Part shown: piece after piece, positions 1 through 12,673 of the stretch
Layout of the letters: the number at the start of each line of letters is the position of its first letter
Numbering within the stretch: position 1 is the stretch's first letter
DNA from: Octopus sinensis
Taxonomy: Eukaryota
NCBI RefSeq assembly: GCF_006345805.1
Contig: NC_043002.1
Location: 48,484,001 to 48,548,000, forward strand
DNA: 64,000 bases
Reading direction: 5' to 3'
Translations under genes and position numbers: made by a program
The notes under the pieces: generated by a model
What the model saw: only the letters and a program-made list of their open reading frames with translations
What the model was told of the DNA's origin: nothing
Database searches by the model: none

Positions 1-186
1 ATTTGAATACTATGCAAATATTCTTTTAAAAAACATTAATTTTCCCCAAATTTAATTGCTTCCCATACTTACAGTTGAAAAAGTCTCAATCACCGAAACC
101 GGTACTGAAATTTTTCTATAAAATTATTTTAGCATTTTCTACCTTGACTTTTTTTCCACACACACACACACTCACACATATGTATG

Positions 187-226
<40 letters not shown>

Positions 227-227
<1 letters not shown>

Positions 228-366
228 TTTATTATATAGAAGGAGCTTCTACAGGACTAGAACTGTTTCATTCAAGAGAAATCTTCAGGAAGCACTTCAG
301 CTTCCTGAAGATTTCTCTTGAATGAAACAGTTCTAGTCCTGTAGAAGCTCCTTCTATATAATAAAT
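227..366. repeat. Perfect inverted repeat (two 67-bp arms, 6-nt loop) between (TA)n tracts; probable Penelope-like inverted terminus
   Basis: 227-293 (ATTTATTATATAGAAGGAGCTTC...CAGGAAGC) is the exact reverse complement of 300-366; loop ACTTCA at 294-299. The right arm contains CTGAAGA-TTTCTCTTGAAT-GAAAC. Confidence 0.9.
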
Positions 367-435
367 TAATTTTACTCTGCTATGTATTGAGTACCTTATT
401 TACTGTGGTTAACCCCGAATCAACCCGGGACCTAC

Positions 436-504
<69 letters not shown>

Positions 505-555
505 ATATATATATATATAATTATATATATATATATATATTATATATATTATATA

Positions 556-628
<73 letters not shown>

Positions 629-1406
629 CATGTTCATGTTCAAAATAGTAAATAAAGATTCAAAATTGAAAACAGGAATTACGAAAACGCTGTAACAAGA
701 GTTCAGATGGTAAGTTACTTAATTGGTTGATAGGTCAGTGCTATGGTATTGAAACCTCCTGAAACAAATGCATATTTTCACAATGATATTCTTCGTTGAA
801 TTGCTAAATATCGGTATTTTATGAATTGGAATTCAATAAAGTAAATAACTAAGAAAGCTGTTTGAATTATAACGATGTGAACCATATCGATACTTTTCTA
901 TTCATTGATGAAGGGTTAACTTATAAGCGAAGGATTAACTCCTAAATACAGTTCTATTCTTCATTACAGCAGCTAACTGTATAACTCAAACTAAATCAGC
1001 CTGTTTACAAGGTATTATAGTTCTGATATTATATTTCAGTTATGAGTCTTTTAAACTGTTTAAGATACAAACACATATTTTACTTTCCAAGTTTCTCAGT
1101 CATATCTCAAAGTATTTTTTGATAGGAGATGAGAATGCACCAACCATTCGAGCTATGATAATGGGACTAGAAGCAAAAAAAAAAAAAAACAGCGAAAATA
1201 TTTAGCTTCGCTCAAAAAAAAGTTTCTTGTTATTGGCTTGGTGATATTTATAACAACTATTTCTCAAATTTGCTACAAGACCACACAATCTTCAATGAAG
1301 GAAGACTGTTAATTTTATCGGCTCTGCAAGATTCTCTTTTTTTTTTTTTGCTTACTGATTTAATAATACATTAATCGAACCCATGGAATCACCCTGTGCT
1401 TTGATA

Positions 1407-1903
1407 TCTTATAATAATTCTACTTGTTCTTCCGTTACTTAGCCCGTCTGTAACGCTTCCACGTAATTAGTTGAAGGTGGAGGGGAGACGTGAGGGGAGG
1501 GGAGAGGGGAGAGAGGTTGTGGTGAATGAAATATGTTATTTTTTTAACTAAGATTTTTCGCCTGTTACTTAACCATCTATAACGCTTTCACGTGATTAAT
1601 TGACGGGACAGGTGAAGAGCGAAAGAAAAATGAGAGAAAAAAATAGGGTAAGGCGAAGACTAAGAGAGAAAGAGGAAGAGTGCTGTGTATTAAGTCTATA
1701 AAATTGTGCACAAAGTATATAAAATGTATATGTAAAGTGCAGTAAGCAACCATCGTAAAATAACTTCCCTTAGCAGATGAGTGACTGTATTTTGATACGG
1801 ACACAACACAGGCTACGCTTTCAGGATTTTTGGATAACATTTTTTCAGAAATAACTCTATAAGTTGATAGTTAATTCCGTGAAATAATCACGGGTCCTGC
1901 TAG
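1407..1903 (+). mobile_element. Non-autonomous Helitron-like element
   Basis: 5' TC (TCTTATAATAA) after an A; 3' hairpin CCGTG-AAATAAT-CACGG followed by GTCCTG-CTAG and then T. This matches the A|TC...CTAG|T Helitron signature. Confidence 0.65.
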
Positions 1904-1985
1904 TTATTATAATTGTAAATTATTTACAAATACACTTGCCACTATTGCGTCTATAGTTACAAACCGACTCCCGCTTAGTTGTTAC

Positions 1986-2016
<31 letters not shown>

Positions 2017-2088
2017 AACATACATACACACACTCACACACACATACACACACAAACACTCACGCACACACGCAAATATATATGTATA

Positions 2089-3262
2089 TCAGATTGAGTA
2101 AAAAGTACGCAACGCTTTGAACCATGAAGTATTTGTACCGGATTTTTACAGTTTTTAATTTTTCTTAAACATTCTCTCGAAATTGTCCGATAATACAGAA
2201 ATAGATTTGCCCGAATGCATTAATAAATTGACTTTGATATTTTTTCACCGTCGTTACAATCATCTGAAATGGAACTGTCAAAGCGCAATATTCGAGCAAT
2301 TTTGTTACTCAACTTCAAAAAAGGACGTAAAGCAACTGAAACTGCACGCGATATCAATGAAACATTTGGTGAGGAAATGACCAGTGAGTGGTCATCGATG
2401 ATGGTCAATTAAAGACCGTCATTGTTAAAAGTCCATGTAAAACTACTCGGGAACTGGCAAAAGAACTTCAAGTTAGCCAGAAAACTGCCTGCAACCATTT
2501 GCATGCGATCGAAAGTGAAAAAAAGCTCGTCTAATGGGTACCACACGATATGAATGAAAATCAGAAAATGCGCAGATATGAAATTTGATCGTGATTTCTT
2601 TTCCGTAACTAGACCGATCCATTTCTCGACTGTATTGTAACTTGCGAGGGAAAGTTGATTATGTACAAAATAAAAAAAACGTTCTACGCAGTGGTTGGAC
2701 CAAAATGAAACTCCGAAAACCTTCCGAAACCCAAGCCCTTCAAAAAGAAAGTTATGGTGACTGTCTGGTGATGTACTGCTGGACTCATTCACTATAACCA
2801 TTACTGCAGAAACATACTGCTATGAAATTCCCAAAATGAACGAAAAACTACCACTCTTCTATCCTAGACTGGTCAACAAGAGCGTGCCAATCATTCTTCA
2901 TGACAATGCTTGATCTCACTAATGACGCTCCAGAAGTTGAGGGAATTTGGCTACAAAGTTCTTCCCCACCCAGCTTAATCCCCAGACTTTTCTCCTACCA
3001 ACTACAACTTTTTCAAGCAGCTTGATGGTTTCTTGTGAGAAAATGACTTTTAAAAATAAAATCGATGCTGAAAGTGCATTCAAAACTTTCATCAGCTCCA
3101 GAACTCCAGCTTTCCATGTTGCCGGAATAAACAAACTGGTAATTCGTTGGCAAAAATGTGTTGATTGTAATGGTACTTTGATAAATAAAATTTCCGCATT
3201 GTTGAAATATATTGGGATGAATTTCATGTTTCAAAACGTTGCTTACTTTTTACTCAGCCTGA
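2089..3262 (+). mobile_element. Full-length decayed mariner (DD34D) DNA transposon
   Basis: About 45-bp imperfect TIRs (TCAGATTGAGTAAAAAGTACGCAACG / CGTTGCTTACTTTTTACTCAGCCTGA) flanked by TA. Transposase relic from ATG 2269 (MELSKRNIRAILLLNFKKGRKATETARDIN) with WVPH, HDNA, SPDFSPTNY and RWQKCVDCNG motifs, broken by stops and frameshifts. Confidence 0.95.
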
Positions 3263-3284
3263 TATATATATATATATTATATAT

Positions 3285-3355
<71 letters not shown>

Positions 3356-3399
3356 GGCGTGGTGTGACGGGCTTACTTCAAAACTGAAGCTGACAGTCT

Positions 3400-3990
3400 T
3401 GATAACAGAGACAAACTTGGCAAAATGTCACCTGTCTATCGATATTTCATCTCCATCGACCAATCCACCAAGCACCTAGCATTCTTCTACGTGAAGACCA
3501 TTGCCAGATTTCCCATCGCTCGGTTCAGGGCGAACAGAAACTCTTTTGCTTTTCAAGCTTACACGTCTTTCGCCCTGAATTCCTCCTCTCAGTTCTTTTT
3601 TCTCTTCCTACAAGCTTCACCGCTACTCACCTTTTCTATTTGTGTCTCTCACCTCGCACGCTGTTCCCACGCACCCTACTCACATCATTTCCCACGATCC
3701 CCATCTCAACCAGCACCAACATCACATTCACATACAACCGTTAGTACACCAACAGCGTTTCCTCATACACATGCACCTTGCTTCCACACCGTACCGTAGG
3801 ACCTCTTATACACATAGATGCACTCACATCCCTTCTACTATCTACACAATACATAACTCGTCACCTCATGTCTCCACTAACCCATGCCACCATTCTTCTG
3901 CACTTGCATTCTTCTACACACATACACATTCCGCAGAAACCCCATACAGCACTAATGCCCATCTCTTAACACATTCACATGCTTGATCAC
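3400..3990 (+). mobile_element. Degenerate Penelope-like retroelement fragment (endonuclease C-terminus plus pyrimidine/CA-rich tail)
   Basis: With a frameshift, about 3517-3585 reads ARFRAEQKL/FAFQAYTSFALNS, resembling SRLRREQGLIFSLRSMAPHELNS at 18.8 kb. It is followed by the same kind of C-rich low-complexity tract (the H/T/P-rich ORFs 3425-3986). Confidence 0.4.
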
Positions 3991-4021
3991 GTTCCCGTGT
4001 TGGCTAGTTTACGTCAACGTA

Positions 4022-4172
4022 ATTTAGCAGTTCCGAAAAAGAGATCAATAGAATAAGTACCAGGCTTTAAAAAATATTAGTATTAGCATCAATTCCTCCA
4101 ACTGAACTTCTTGAAGGCAATGCTCCAGAATGGCCGCAGTCCAATAACTGAAACAAGTAAAAAATAAAAGAT
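4022..4172 (+). mobile_element. 3' fragment of SINE family B
   Basis: AATAGAATAAGTAC...GCTCCAGAATGGCCGCAGTC...ACTGAAACAAGTAAAA matches the 3' end of the copies at 8.3 and 42.9 kb. Confidence 0.7.
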
Positions 4173-4498
4173 GACGTAACAAACTTTGCCATTTATCAAA
4201 TTATTCTCCTCTTCTTCATGATTAAATCTCCATACCACTTTCACTCACCCAACTTGTTAACTTTCCGATCCTTCTCTTGCATGAGAATTTTAGCTCTTAT
4301 TTTTACTAAATCTCCCACTTCTTAGGATTCTGTCTTATTTTATCTGTTTCTCTTTATCTATTCCTTTCATATTTTCTTCCTTTCTGTTTTCATTGATTCC
4401 ACTATTTCCACCTTTTTTTTTCTTTTCGCTTCCTCTTTCAAACACTGCCAAAGTATTTTCTCTGGCTTATACTCTTTATTTCTCTCTCCCCCACACAC

Positions 4499-4530
<32 letters not shown>

Positions 4531-6182
4531 ACACACACCACACATCATACATACACACTCACCCATCCACCCAATTTCTCCACTCGCCGTTGTCAACTCC
4601 AAACACAGATCCCATCACTACCATGATAACTAACCGATTCTTTCTTACACTATTTGACGTAGTTCTCTAAGCACGAAACAGACGGTAGCTTGGAATGTGC
4701 TATTGTAAGTATATAGCTATTAGGTACAGTTTCAAAGTAATTTGTTACAGAAAGTTGATTTTAATTTTTAGATAGCAAATAAGTACGTTACGTATTGGAA
4801 AATTATCTATGTAAATTTTGTTTACTATTTAATGTAAGTGGGAAACATCTATTAAATATCTAATATATCTTGTTATTATTGGTCTTTGTTGTGATAATTA
4901 AGCATAATGCAGCCGAAATTTTTGCAGTGGTTTTTGGAGATAATACGAAACCAGAGAACGAATTACCAAATTATACATTTTGTTACATTTGTATATTTGT
5001 ATTAGTTCATGACAGGCTAAGTTTAGATACAATAAAGAATAGTAGTTATTTCAAAAGCAAATTTTGATATAACAATTATCTCTCCTTAAGTCACTTATAT
5101 TCAATCTTGACTAATTTTACAATTAATACAATTCCACTAAAATCTATATTACACTTCACAGTGAGATATCCCGAAAGCAATTTTTCTTGAGTATCTACAA
5201 TAGCTCTAGCTGTCAATAACATACGATATTCTTTTATGTATTCCTTTCAAGTAATCTCGTACTTACCTGCTTGCAGCGTTTCTTAGCTGTGAATAATAAA
5301 TTAAGACATATTTCTTAATATGACAATTTATTCTAAGAGGTACTGTATAGGAAAATTACAGTATAGTTTAAACATAAATCTAGTACAATGTTAGTTGATA
5401 TAGATAAGAATCAAAAGAGATTGAATACCTGAAATAACTTGCTTTGTGTTAGAGTTCGTGACACATCAAAAGGCAGTATATTCTTCGTCAATAGCGCAAC
5501 TTGTATGTATTAATCATATTTTGGATAAGATAGTAAAAGTTATCTAAACATAATATCAGAAAATCATTGTTAAAAGTTTAACTATAACATCATAGTCATT
5601 TACACATGTATAACTTCACTTAGGTGCATTTTTCCATTACTGGATAAAAATTAATCTGTATATATCGTTTAATACTGAATATTTGTAACCCTAATACTTT
5701 GTACTGTCTATGTAATTTTAAGACTGAAATTCCTATTATCCCAAATCCCAAATAGAAATACAAATATTGCGCTCTCTTCATTAAAGGATAGTTATTTTTG
5801 CTATTGAGCAAGGGAGTGAATTGGCCGGATCGTTGCCTTTCATCCTTTCATCCCATCCTGGTCAATAAAATAAAGTGCCGGTCTTTATTTAGGAAGATTT
5901 AATTGACTAAATATACCCCCTCCAAATTCGTGGCTTCGCTCCTTTATTGGAAAGAAGTATTGCAGATTGGCAAAAATGTTAACGTATTGGACAAAATGAT
6001 TTGTGGTATTTATTCCAGATTTTCATTTTCAGGGTTTAAATATCAAAGAGGTCAGCTTTATCTATCAACCCTACGGTAACGATAAAATCAAGTACTATTT
6101 ATGAACTAAGGTTGAATTAATCAGTTATACTCATTCCCGAAATTAGAGGTTATAATGGAAACAATTATTGTTATTAAGATGG

Positions 6183-6315
6183 AAGGCGGTGAGCTAGCAG
6201 AATCGTTAGCACACCGGGCAAAATGTTTCGCGGCATTTCGTCCGTCTTAACGTTCTGACTATGCCTTTTATCCTTTCGGAGTCTATAAAATAAATACCAG
6301 TTAAACTCTGAGATC
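6183..6315 (+). mobile_element. SINE family A copy, internally deleted
   Basis: Head AAGGCGGTGAGCTAGCAGAATCGTTAGCAC, then CCTTTTATCCTTTCGGAGTCTATAAAATAAATACCAG, shared with the other copies in the window. Confidence 0.8.
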
Positions 6316-6707
6316 AGGCCTTCTGCCTGCAGCAGAAAGGATTATTAAGAAGATGGTATCATCCCATGGCAACTTGGAGAATAGAAATGTATTTATTCCT
6401 AACTCTGGCACAGAGCTACACATGAGCTGAAAAAAATTATAAACAATTGAATCTATATCAGTGTATAGTTTGTACTTAGTTTATGAATAGACTTAACTTT
6501 GGATATTTTAGAAATCTTACAACTAGTTTCGGACTTGAATACACGCAGATCAACAAAACTTCATTAATAGCAATGTTAATAAAAATGAAGTGAAATATCT
6601 TCAGCCTCTATACATCTGATTCGTTCCACTTGAAGTTTGCTTCTTTTTTAAGACGTTCGCCGAGTTAACTTGATATTACATTACAAAAGCTGATATAGAT
6701 TAGTAAT

Positions 6708-6921
6708 AAGGCGGCGAACAGGCAGAAAGATTAGCACGTTGGGCAAATTGCTTAGTGGTAGTTCGTCCGTCCTTACGTTCTGAATTCAAATTCCGCCGAA
6801 GTCGATTTTGTCTTTCATCCTTTTGGGGTCGATAAAATAAGTACTACTCGAGCAGTGGGGTCGATGAAATCAGCTTAACCCCTCCCGCCAAATGCCTGCC
6901 TTGTGCCAAAATTTGAAGTCA
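6708..6921 (+). mobile_element. SINE family A (tRNA-derived), full length
   Basis: GGCGGCGA head, box-B-like GTTCTGAATTCAAATTCC, central TTTCATCCTTTTGGGGTCGATAAAATAAGTAC domain, tail CCTTGTGCCAAAATTTGAA. Confidence 0.85.
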
Positions 6922-6956
6922 ATATTACATTAAAAACAGTAATATAGATTAGTGTT

Positions 6957-7106
6957 AAGGTGACGAGCTGGCAGAATCATTAGCACGCTGGGTAAAACGC
7001 TTAGCGGCATTTCGTGCGTCTTCACGTTCTGAGTTCAACTTCAGCCGAGACCGACGACTTACACCTTTCAACGAAATTGTTGGCCTTGTGTCAAAATTTG
7101 AAACCG
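6957..7106 (+). mobile_element. SINE family A, internally deleted, with 15-bp TSD
   Basis: Same head and tail as 6708-6921; flanked by perfect ATATAGATTAGTGTT at 6942-6956 and 7107-7121. Confidence 0.85.
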
Positions 7107-8258
7107 ATATAGATTAGTGTTGCTGTGTGACAATTCGTTAAAAACGCGTTTTCGAAGGTATTATGTGGAGAATCTATCATTAACTTTTGTAGACAGCTAT
7201 CAAATAACAAGCGTTTCAACGCGAATTGTAGCTTAGATGTTTACGTTTTCGCTCTACTTCTTTTTTATTTCAGTGTTTATCATTTTTTCCATTTTCTTTG
7301 TTTCTTTCATTTTCATCTATAAAAAAATAGTGAAGTGTCTATAACAGAAGCCTCTTGAATATTAATAATTTTTATTTTAAAAGAAAAAAGACAGCTGACA
7401 CTGATATTGTTTAACATTTTGTAAGAAAAAATAATTCAGTGTCAAAATTCTTTTGTAATCGTTTGAGCTTTGTTAACTGATTTAAGAAATGTCTAATTAT
7501 TAATGCATTTAAGAAGCAAGAATCTAACATTTATTACGACATTATGATCAACATAATAGCTATGGATTTATTTCTATTAAAAGACATTAATTTGAAGACG
7601 GCGAAATTGGCGAACTGATAGCAAACAACGCTTCATTGTAAGACCTTTAACTTGGAACTCTAATTCATTGCTTTCACTTGTTTTAAAATATTGATTTTTG
7701 CCACTGGCACAAGGCTTATTTTGATTTCCTTTTTCGTATATACCAATTTAAAATATCTATTTTGCAACGACACTACTGACAGGAGTTGGTGGAGTGCCAA
7801 ACTCGCTGACTTAGGGTATTTATTTTCGTAACTTCGTTCTGAGTTAAAATTCTGTCGATTAAAGATGATGTTGCATTTGATTTCCCTAGCTTGAAAAATA
7901 AGTATTAGTAGGATTTCAAATCTTGCCTTGATCAACTTTCTTCTTTACGATGGCCGTTAAATATATTACTAGTCTGGGATAATAAATTGCTGAGAGTCAA
8001 GCAGGAAACTGGCTCTTTGTGGTCTGGGTTCAGATTCCACCATCTACCATCGGTGAAAATGCGTATCCTTTGGGAACTGGCAAAAACGATGATAGCGTTA
8101 GGAAATCCTTAAGCAAATACCCAAATATTTCAGCTCATCACTCAATACCAGTACTCCAACGGACCAACTAACGGGAGAGAGAATGCAGGCAAACTCAGTT
8201 CTTGCGCAAGAAACTGAACGAACGAAAGCGAATTCACATACATACATACATACATACA

Positions 8259-8291
<33 letters not shown>

Positions 8292-8296
8292 GTATG

Positions 8297-8468
8297 AGGC
8301 GTAGGAGTGGTTGTGTAGTAAGTAGCTTGCTTCCCAACCACATGGTTCCGGGTTCAGTCCCACTGCGTGGCACCTTGGGCATGTATCTTTTACTATAACC
8401 TCGGGCTGACCAAAGCCTTGTGAGTGGATTTGATAGACGGAAACTGAAAGAAGCCCGTCGTATATATG

Positions 8469-8503
<35 letters not shown>

Positions 8504-8709
8504 ATGTTTATGTGTCTGTGTTTGTCCCCCCAACATCGTTTGACAACCGATGGTGGTGTGTTTACGTCCCCGTAACTTAGCGGCTCGGCAAACGAGACCG
8601 AACCGATAGAATAAGTACTAGGCTTACAAAGAATAAGATTTGCTTGACTAAAGGCGGTGCTCCAGCATGGCCATAGTCAAATGACTGAAACAAGTAAACG
8701 AGTAAAGAG
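8297..8709 (+). mobile_element. SINE family B (tRNA-derived, CORE-like), full length
   Basis: Head AGGCGTAGGAGTGG...GGTTCCGGGTTCAGTCCCAC; CORE-like CACCTTGGGCATGTATCTTTTACTATAACCTCGG; internal (TA)/(TG) tract; tail GAAACAAGTAAACGAGTAAAGAG. Collinear with 42903-43301. Confidence 0.9.
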
Positions 8710-8736
8710 CATACATACATACATACATATATGTGA

Positions 8737-8977
8737 GGGTGCCGTGGCCTAGTGGTTTGGGCGTTGCATTCACGATCACGAAGGCATTAGCTTGGTTCCG
8801 AAGTTTTTCAGCAATCACTTCGAAATTCGACGTGTAATGTACCTGTTCAAGCAATGTCGATTTATAGAGGGAGTAGGATAATGTGCAGCGCAAACATGTG
8901 ATCGCTATAAAATCGTCTGCACAGGCTGATCCGCAAGAAATTGCAGACCCATCTTTCTCGGGTTTGAGAGACTACCC
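8737..8977 (+). mobile_element. SINE family C, degenerate
   Basis: tRNA-like head GGTGCCGTGGCCTAGTGGTT; 3' end CAAGAAATTGCAGA...GAGACTACC homologous to the reverse complement of 28512-28560. Confidence 0.55.
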
Positions 8978-10161
8978 TTTTATGCACACACACAAGCACG
9001 CACGCACACGCACACACGCGTGCGCGCACACAGAAAAGTGCATGCGCATGTGGATATAAACATGGATGGGAAACCCAAATAGCAGTGCATTACAAATGAA
9101 GTTTATTGTAATTTTGTTAGGCGCCCACTTGACACTTTCATATTTTAGCCATAAGTTTCTATCGAGAAAGTTCTATGCAAATTATCATATATATGCACTA
9201 GTCTAGCGGATAAGAGCGCTACAACTATTAGTTTTGAAAAGAATGTTTCCATTTCGCATCCATCCCAGTACCATGTACACTTCCAAAATCGAGGTACTTG
9301 ATGTCGGTCGGAGAACATAACAGTCGGCACATCAGTGTAGATGTAAATATTAATACATTTTTTATCTCCAAAGATGAAGAAAGTAGTCCCAAAAATTAGA
9401 GTAATTTTAACTTTAATTCTTCTAAGACATTTTGACAGTGAATGAAATGTAAGTTTCATAAACTGCCAATTATGATTAAGTGCAAATTGCAATTGCCAAG
9501 TCTCATAAATATAAGCATGTGTGATATACACAGGAAGCTAATACTACTCGAGGATCTATATGCTGTCTCTGGTTTAGTGTTTTCCATGTTCTACCTACTT
9601 TGTATTTTATGCACATTAGACCGGTAAAATGTATTAGTAATATATTAGTGTCAAATTAAATATGGCTCCTTTCACAGAAGAATATGTGCCTAAACAAGAA
9701 ATCAATACACATACGAACACACACACACACACACACATGCACATATATATATATATACTTTGGACGAAATTGGCAACTCTTAAACAGTAGAACGCCGGAT
9801 TAAATATAAATATATTGCAAAATTTAGTTTCCCCCCCTTTACGTTCTGAGTTCCATCACACTGGAGACAACTTTGTATTTCATTCACCCCGGTTCAGTTT
9901 AATACTTACGAACGCACATATATGAATATATATGAATACAAACAAACATAGAAGAGTCGAGCGTGTTGATATTTTTTAGAAATTAAGATAATCTGGAACA
10001 CAGGAGAATAACTATGAAATCATCTAGAAAGTCGGGTAAAAATACTTCTATAGAGGGACAAAAGTAGATAGCAGGTGCTTCATAGTATTGAACTCTGCAC
10101 CTCTCAAATACGCGCAGTGATCTCTACTATTGAGCTAAATCACTCCTAATGCTCCTTTTTA

Positions 10162-10565
10162 TATTCTTTTTTATTCTAGGCACAAGGCCCAACATTTTAA
10201 AGGATGAGGAGCCACTCGATTAAATCAACCCCAGTACACAACTGGTACTTAATTTATCGACCCCGCAAGGGTGAAAGGCACAGTCGACCTCGGCGGAATT
10301 TGAACTCAGAACGTTAAGACAGACGAAATACCCATTTCTTTGCTACCCACAAGGGGCTAAACACAGAGGGGGCAAACAAGGACAAATAGACGGATTAAGT
10401 CAATTATATGGACCCAAGTGCGTAACTGGTACTTAATTTATCGACCCCGAAAGGATGAAAGGCAAAGTCGACCTCGGCGAAATTTGAACTCAGAACGTAA
10501 CGGCAGGCGAAATGCGACTACGCATTTCGCCCGGCGTACTAACGTTTCTGCCAGCTCGCCACCTT
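10162..10565 (-). mobile_element. Two joined SINE family A units (full unit 10333-10565 plus 5'-truncated unit 10162-10332); possible dimer
   Basis: Two copies of GGTACTTAATTTATCGACCCCG...AAAGGC..AGTCGACCTCGGCG..ATTTGAACTCAGAACGT. The head (CTGCCAGCTCGCCACCTT on the + strand) appears only once, at 10548-10565. Confidence 0.85.
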
Positions 10566-11014
10566 CTTTGTTTTAACATATTGAATTATCCCATATTTCC
10601 CATATTTCCCTTATTTTTATGTTTGACTGTAAAGCGTAATTTGAGCTTGAAGTTTAGCTCCTATTTCTAACGTTTGAAACGAGCATATCTAGTATCATTA
10701 TACTAAGGCCGACCGAAATCAATACAGCTTCTACCAAGAAGCATTTTCATTAACAGAGGGAAATCACTATCAAAACACGTTCATGACAAACTGAAAATGA
10801 CTTTACAGTCTAGATATGAAAATAGAATTCATAACTAAATATTTAAAATTGTTTCACGCTTCTTTGCCCGAATACCTTACAACAATGATGAAGTGAAATA
10901 GGTGGAGTTGGATACACTTTAAAAACTTTGACGAGTTCTGTTTATTTCTTATGAAATCAATATTTCCTCATTAAGCCTCTGTGCCTAAAATATATATCTG
11001 AATTCTTTACTTGA

Positions 11015-11049
<35 letters not shown>

Positions 11050-11959
11050 ATATATAATATATATACATATATATTTAACCACACACTATCTTTAAATACA
11101 AAATTAACGCAGTCATTCTCCCTATTCAGGATATATCAATTGTTTTTTGTTCATTGTAATTTTTTTGTTGTATTTTTACATTTTAGGAATATTTCTATCA
11201 ACCAACCTATTTCTGTCCTACTGCCATCTCATTTGTTCAGAAATAATTTCCAAATAATCAGTTTTTATCTGATGAATTGGACGTTGTAGAACATGAAAAG
11301 AACATTACTCTTTCGAATGAACAAAACAAAAAAAAGGCAGTCAGCGCTAGATTTAGTTAACAATGTAAAAGTAAAGAGAAATACTCGATTTAGGAATGCA
11401 ATCCTATATTTAACAAGTGAAAATATACAAAACAGGTACAGATTCTTAATATTATTCCCATATTATTATTTAGTATAAAATTCAATTATTAACATATGAT
11501 GCTAAAAAATGCATATCTGTATTTACAAAAGCAGGATGTGTGTGTTTGTGTGTGTGTACGTGAATGTAATTTATGCATGTCCACAAATTAGCACGCATGT
11601 CGTTCCAAGTTTAGGAGGACATTCGTCAGGTCCATAGCTGTATTTTCGTCAACTTATTTTTACCAGAGGCACCATCGAATAGCAGTAAAAATAAATTTTC
11701 AACCAAAACTTTTAACAATTTTCAAGCCGGAGAAATCACCAGTTTGCTTCCAGGAGTTAAGTCCCATTCTAGCGATGAGCAAGTTTTTGTTGACTTTTGT
11801 TTTCTTTCTATCGAAGAAAAAAGAGTTATACGGGCAAAACACATACATACACACACACACACACACATAGACACACACACACAATACGCACACACATACA
11901 CACACACCACACACAAACAAACAAACATATATGGGTACAAAAAACATGTATGCAATAGG

Positions 11960-12132
11960 TGTACGTACGTACGTTTGTGTATATGTGTGTTTCCCGTATA
12001 CATATATAAACCAATTTCAACGGATTTCGCCCAAATTTGACGTCGATGTTACTTAGTTTGGTTTGAAATAGAGAACTTGATTAGCTTAATAATCCTAACT
12101 TAGTCCTGGGCAAAGCCGGGTTATACTGCTAG
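11960..12132 (+). mobile_element. Non-autonomous Helitron-like element, 3' part
   Basis: Ends in hairpin CCTGG-GCAAAG-CCGGG, then TTATACTG-CTAG|T. Upstream TGTGTGTTTCCCGTA...ACGGATTTCGCCCAAATTTGAC is typical of such elements. 5' end not located. Confidence 0.55.
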
Positions 12133-12633
12133 TCATTATTATTACTAAAATATAAAGCAATTTAGTGAGACTAGAACTGACCAAGGTGGCTGATTAATGT
12201 TTCTTGGCACGATGTCACAAATATATAGTGAAGAGGAATGAGAATGTGTGGAGTTTATGCTTCAAAACATTCACAGCATACCTAAATATCGATTTCTCTT
12301 TCACTATACATAACTTAAATCTGCAGATTTCCAGAGAATAGAAATAAAATATGATTAGTGATATAAATGAAATCACTTCAGCCGTGAATTAAAACTGATT
12401 CGCTGATTTAGTCTCTAGAAACTTACTTCTTGCCCAACAACTCTTGACAAAATGATTCCTACCTCCATTTTTATGTAGGTATAAATATTTTATGTTTTAT
12501 GGAGAGGATTAATATGAAACGTGACATTCATGACTTTGCTAAAGGATATTAGCAGTATGAGCCACGAATGAAATAGCTTCAGTCAGGTATCTGAGTTTTA
12601 TCTGCGGTTTCGTCTTCCCGGAATTTTATATAT

Positions 12634-12670
<37 letters not shown>

Positions 12671-12673
<3 letters not shown>

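Noticed and set aside
387-602. YI-, HT-, CV- and LS-repeat ORFs throughout the ORF track
   Set aside because: They are translations of (TA)n, (CA)n, (TACA)n and (GA)n microsatellites, not proteins.
4663-4704. Candidate small plus-strand exons with AG...GTAAG borders (also 13821-13845, 15171-15229)
   Set aside because: The peptides match nothing I recognise, and GTAAGT is expected many times by chance in 64 kb of AT-rich DNA. RNA-seq would be needed.
4870-5067. ORF with AEIFAVVFGDN...ELPNY, faintly like an ABCA extracellular segment
   Set aside because: Resemblance is too short, with no convincing splice sites or neighbouring exons.
8297-8370. tRNA-like heads at 8297, 8737, 28735, 43638 and in SINE A copies
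   Set aside because: They have box A/B-like motifs but no complete cloverleaf and continue into SINE bodies, so they are not tRNA genes.
9145-9531. 128-aa minus-strand ORF containing WKCTWYWDGCE
   Set aside because: No recognisable domain or codon bias; starts in low-complexity sequence.
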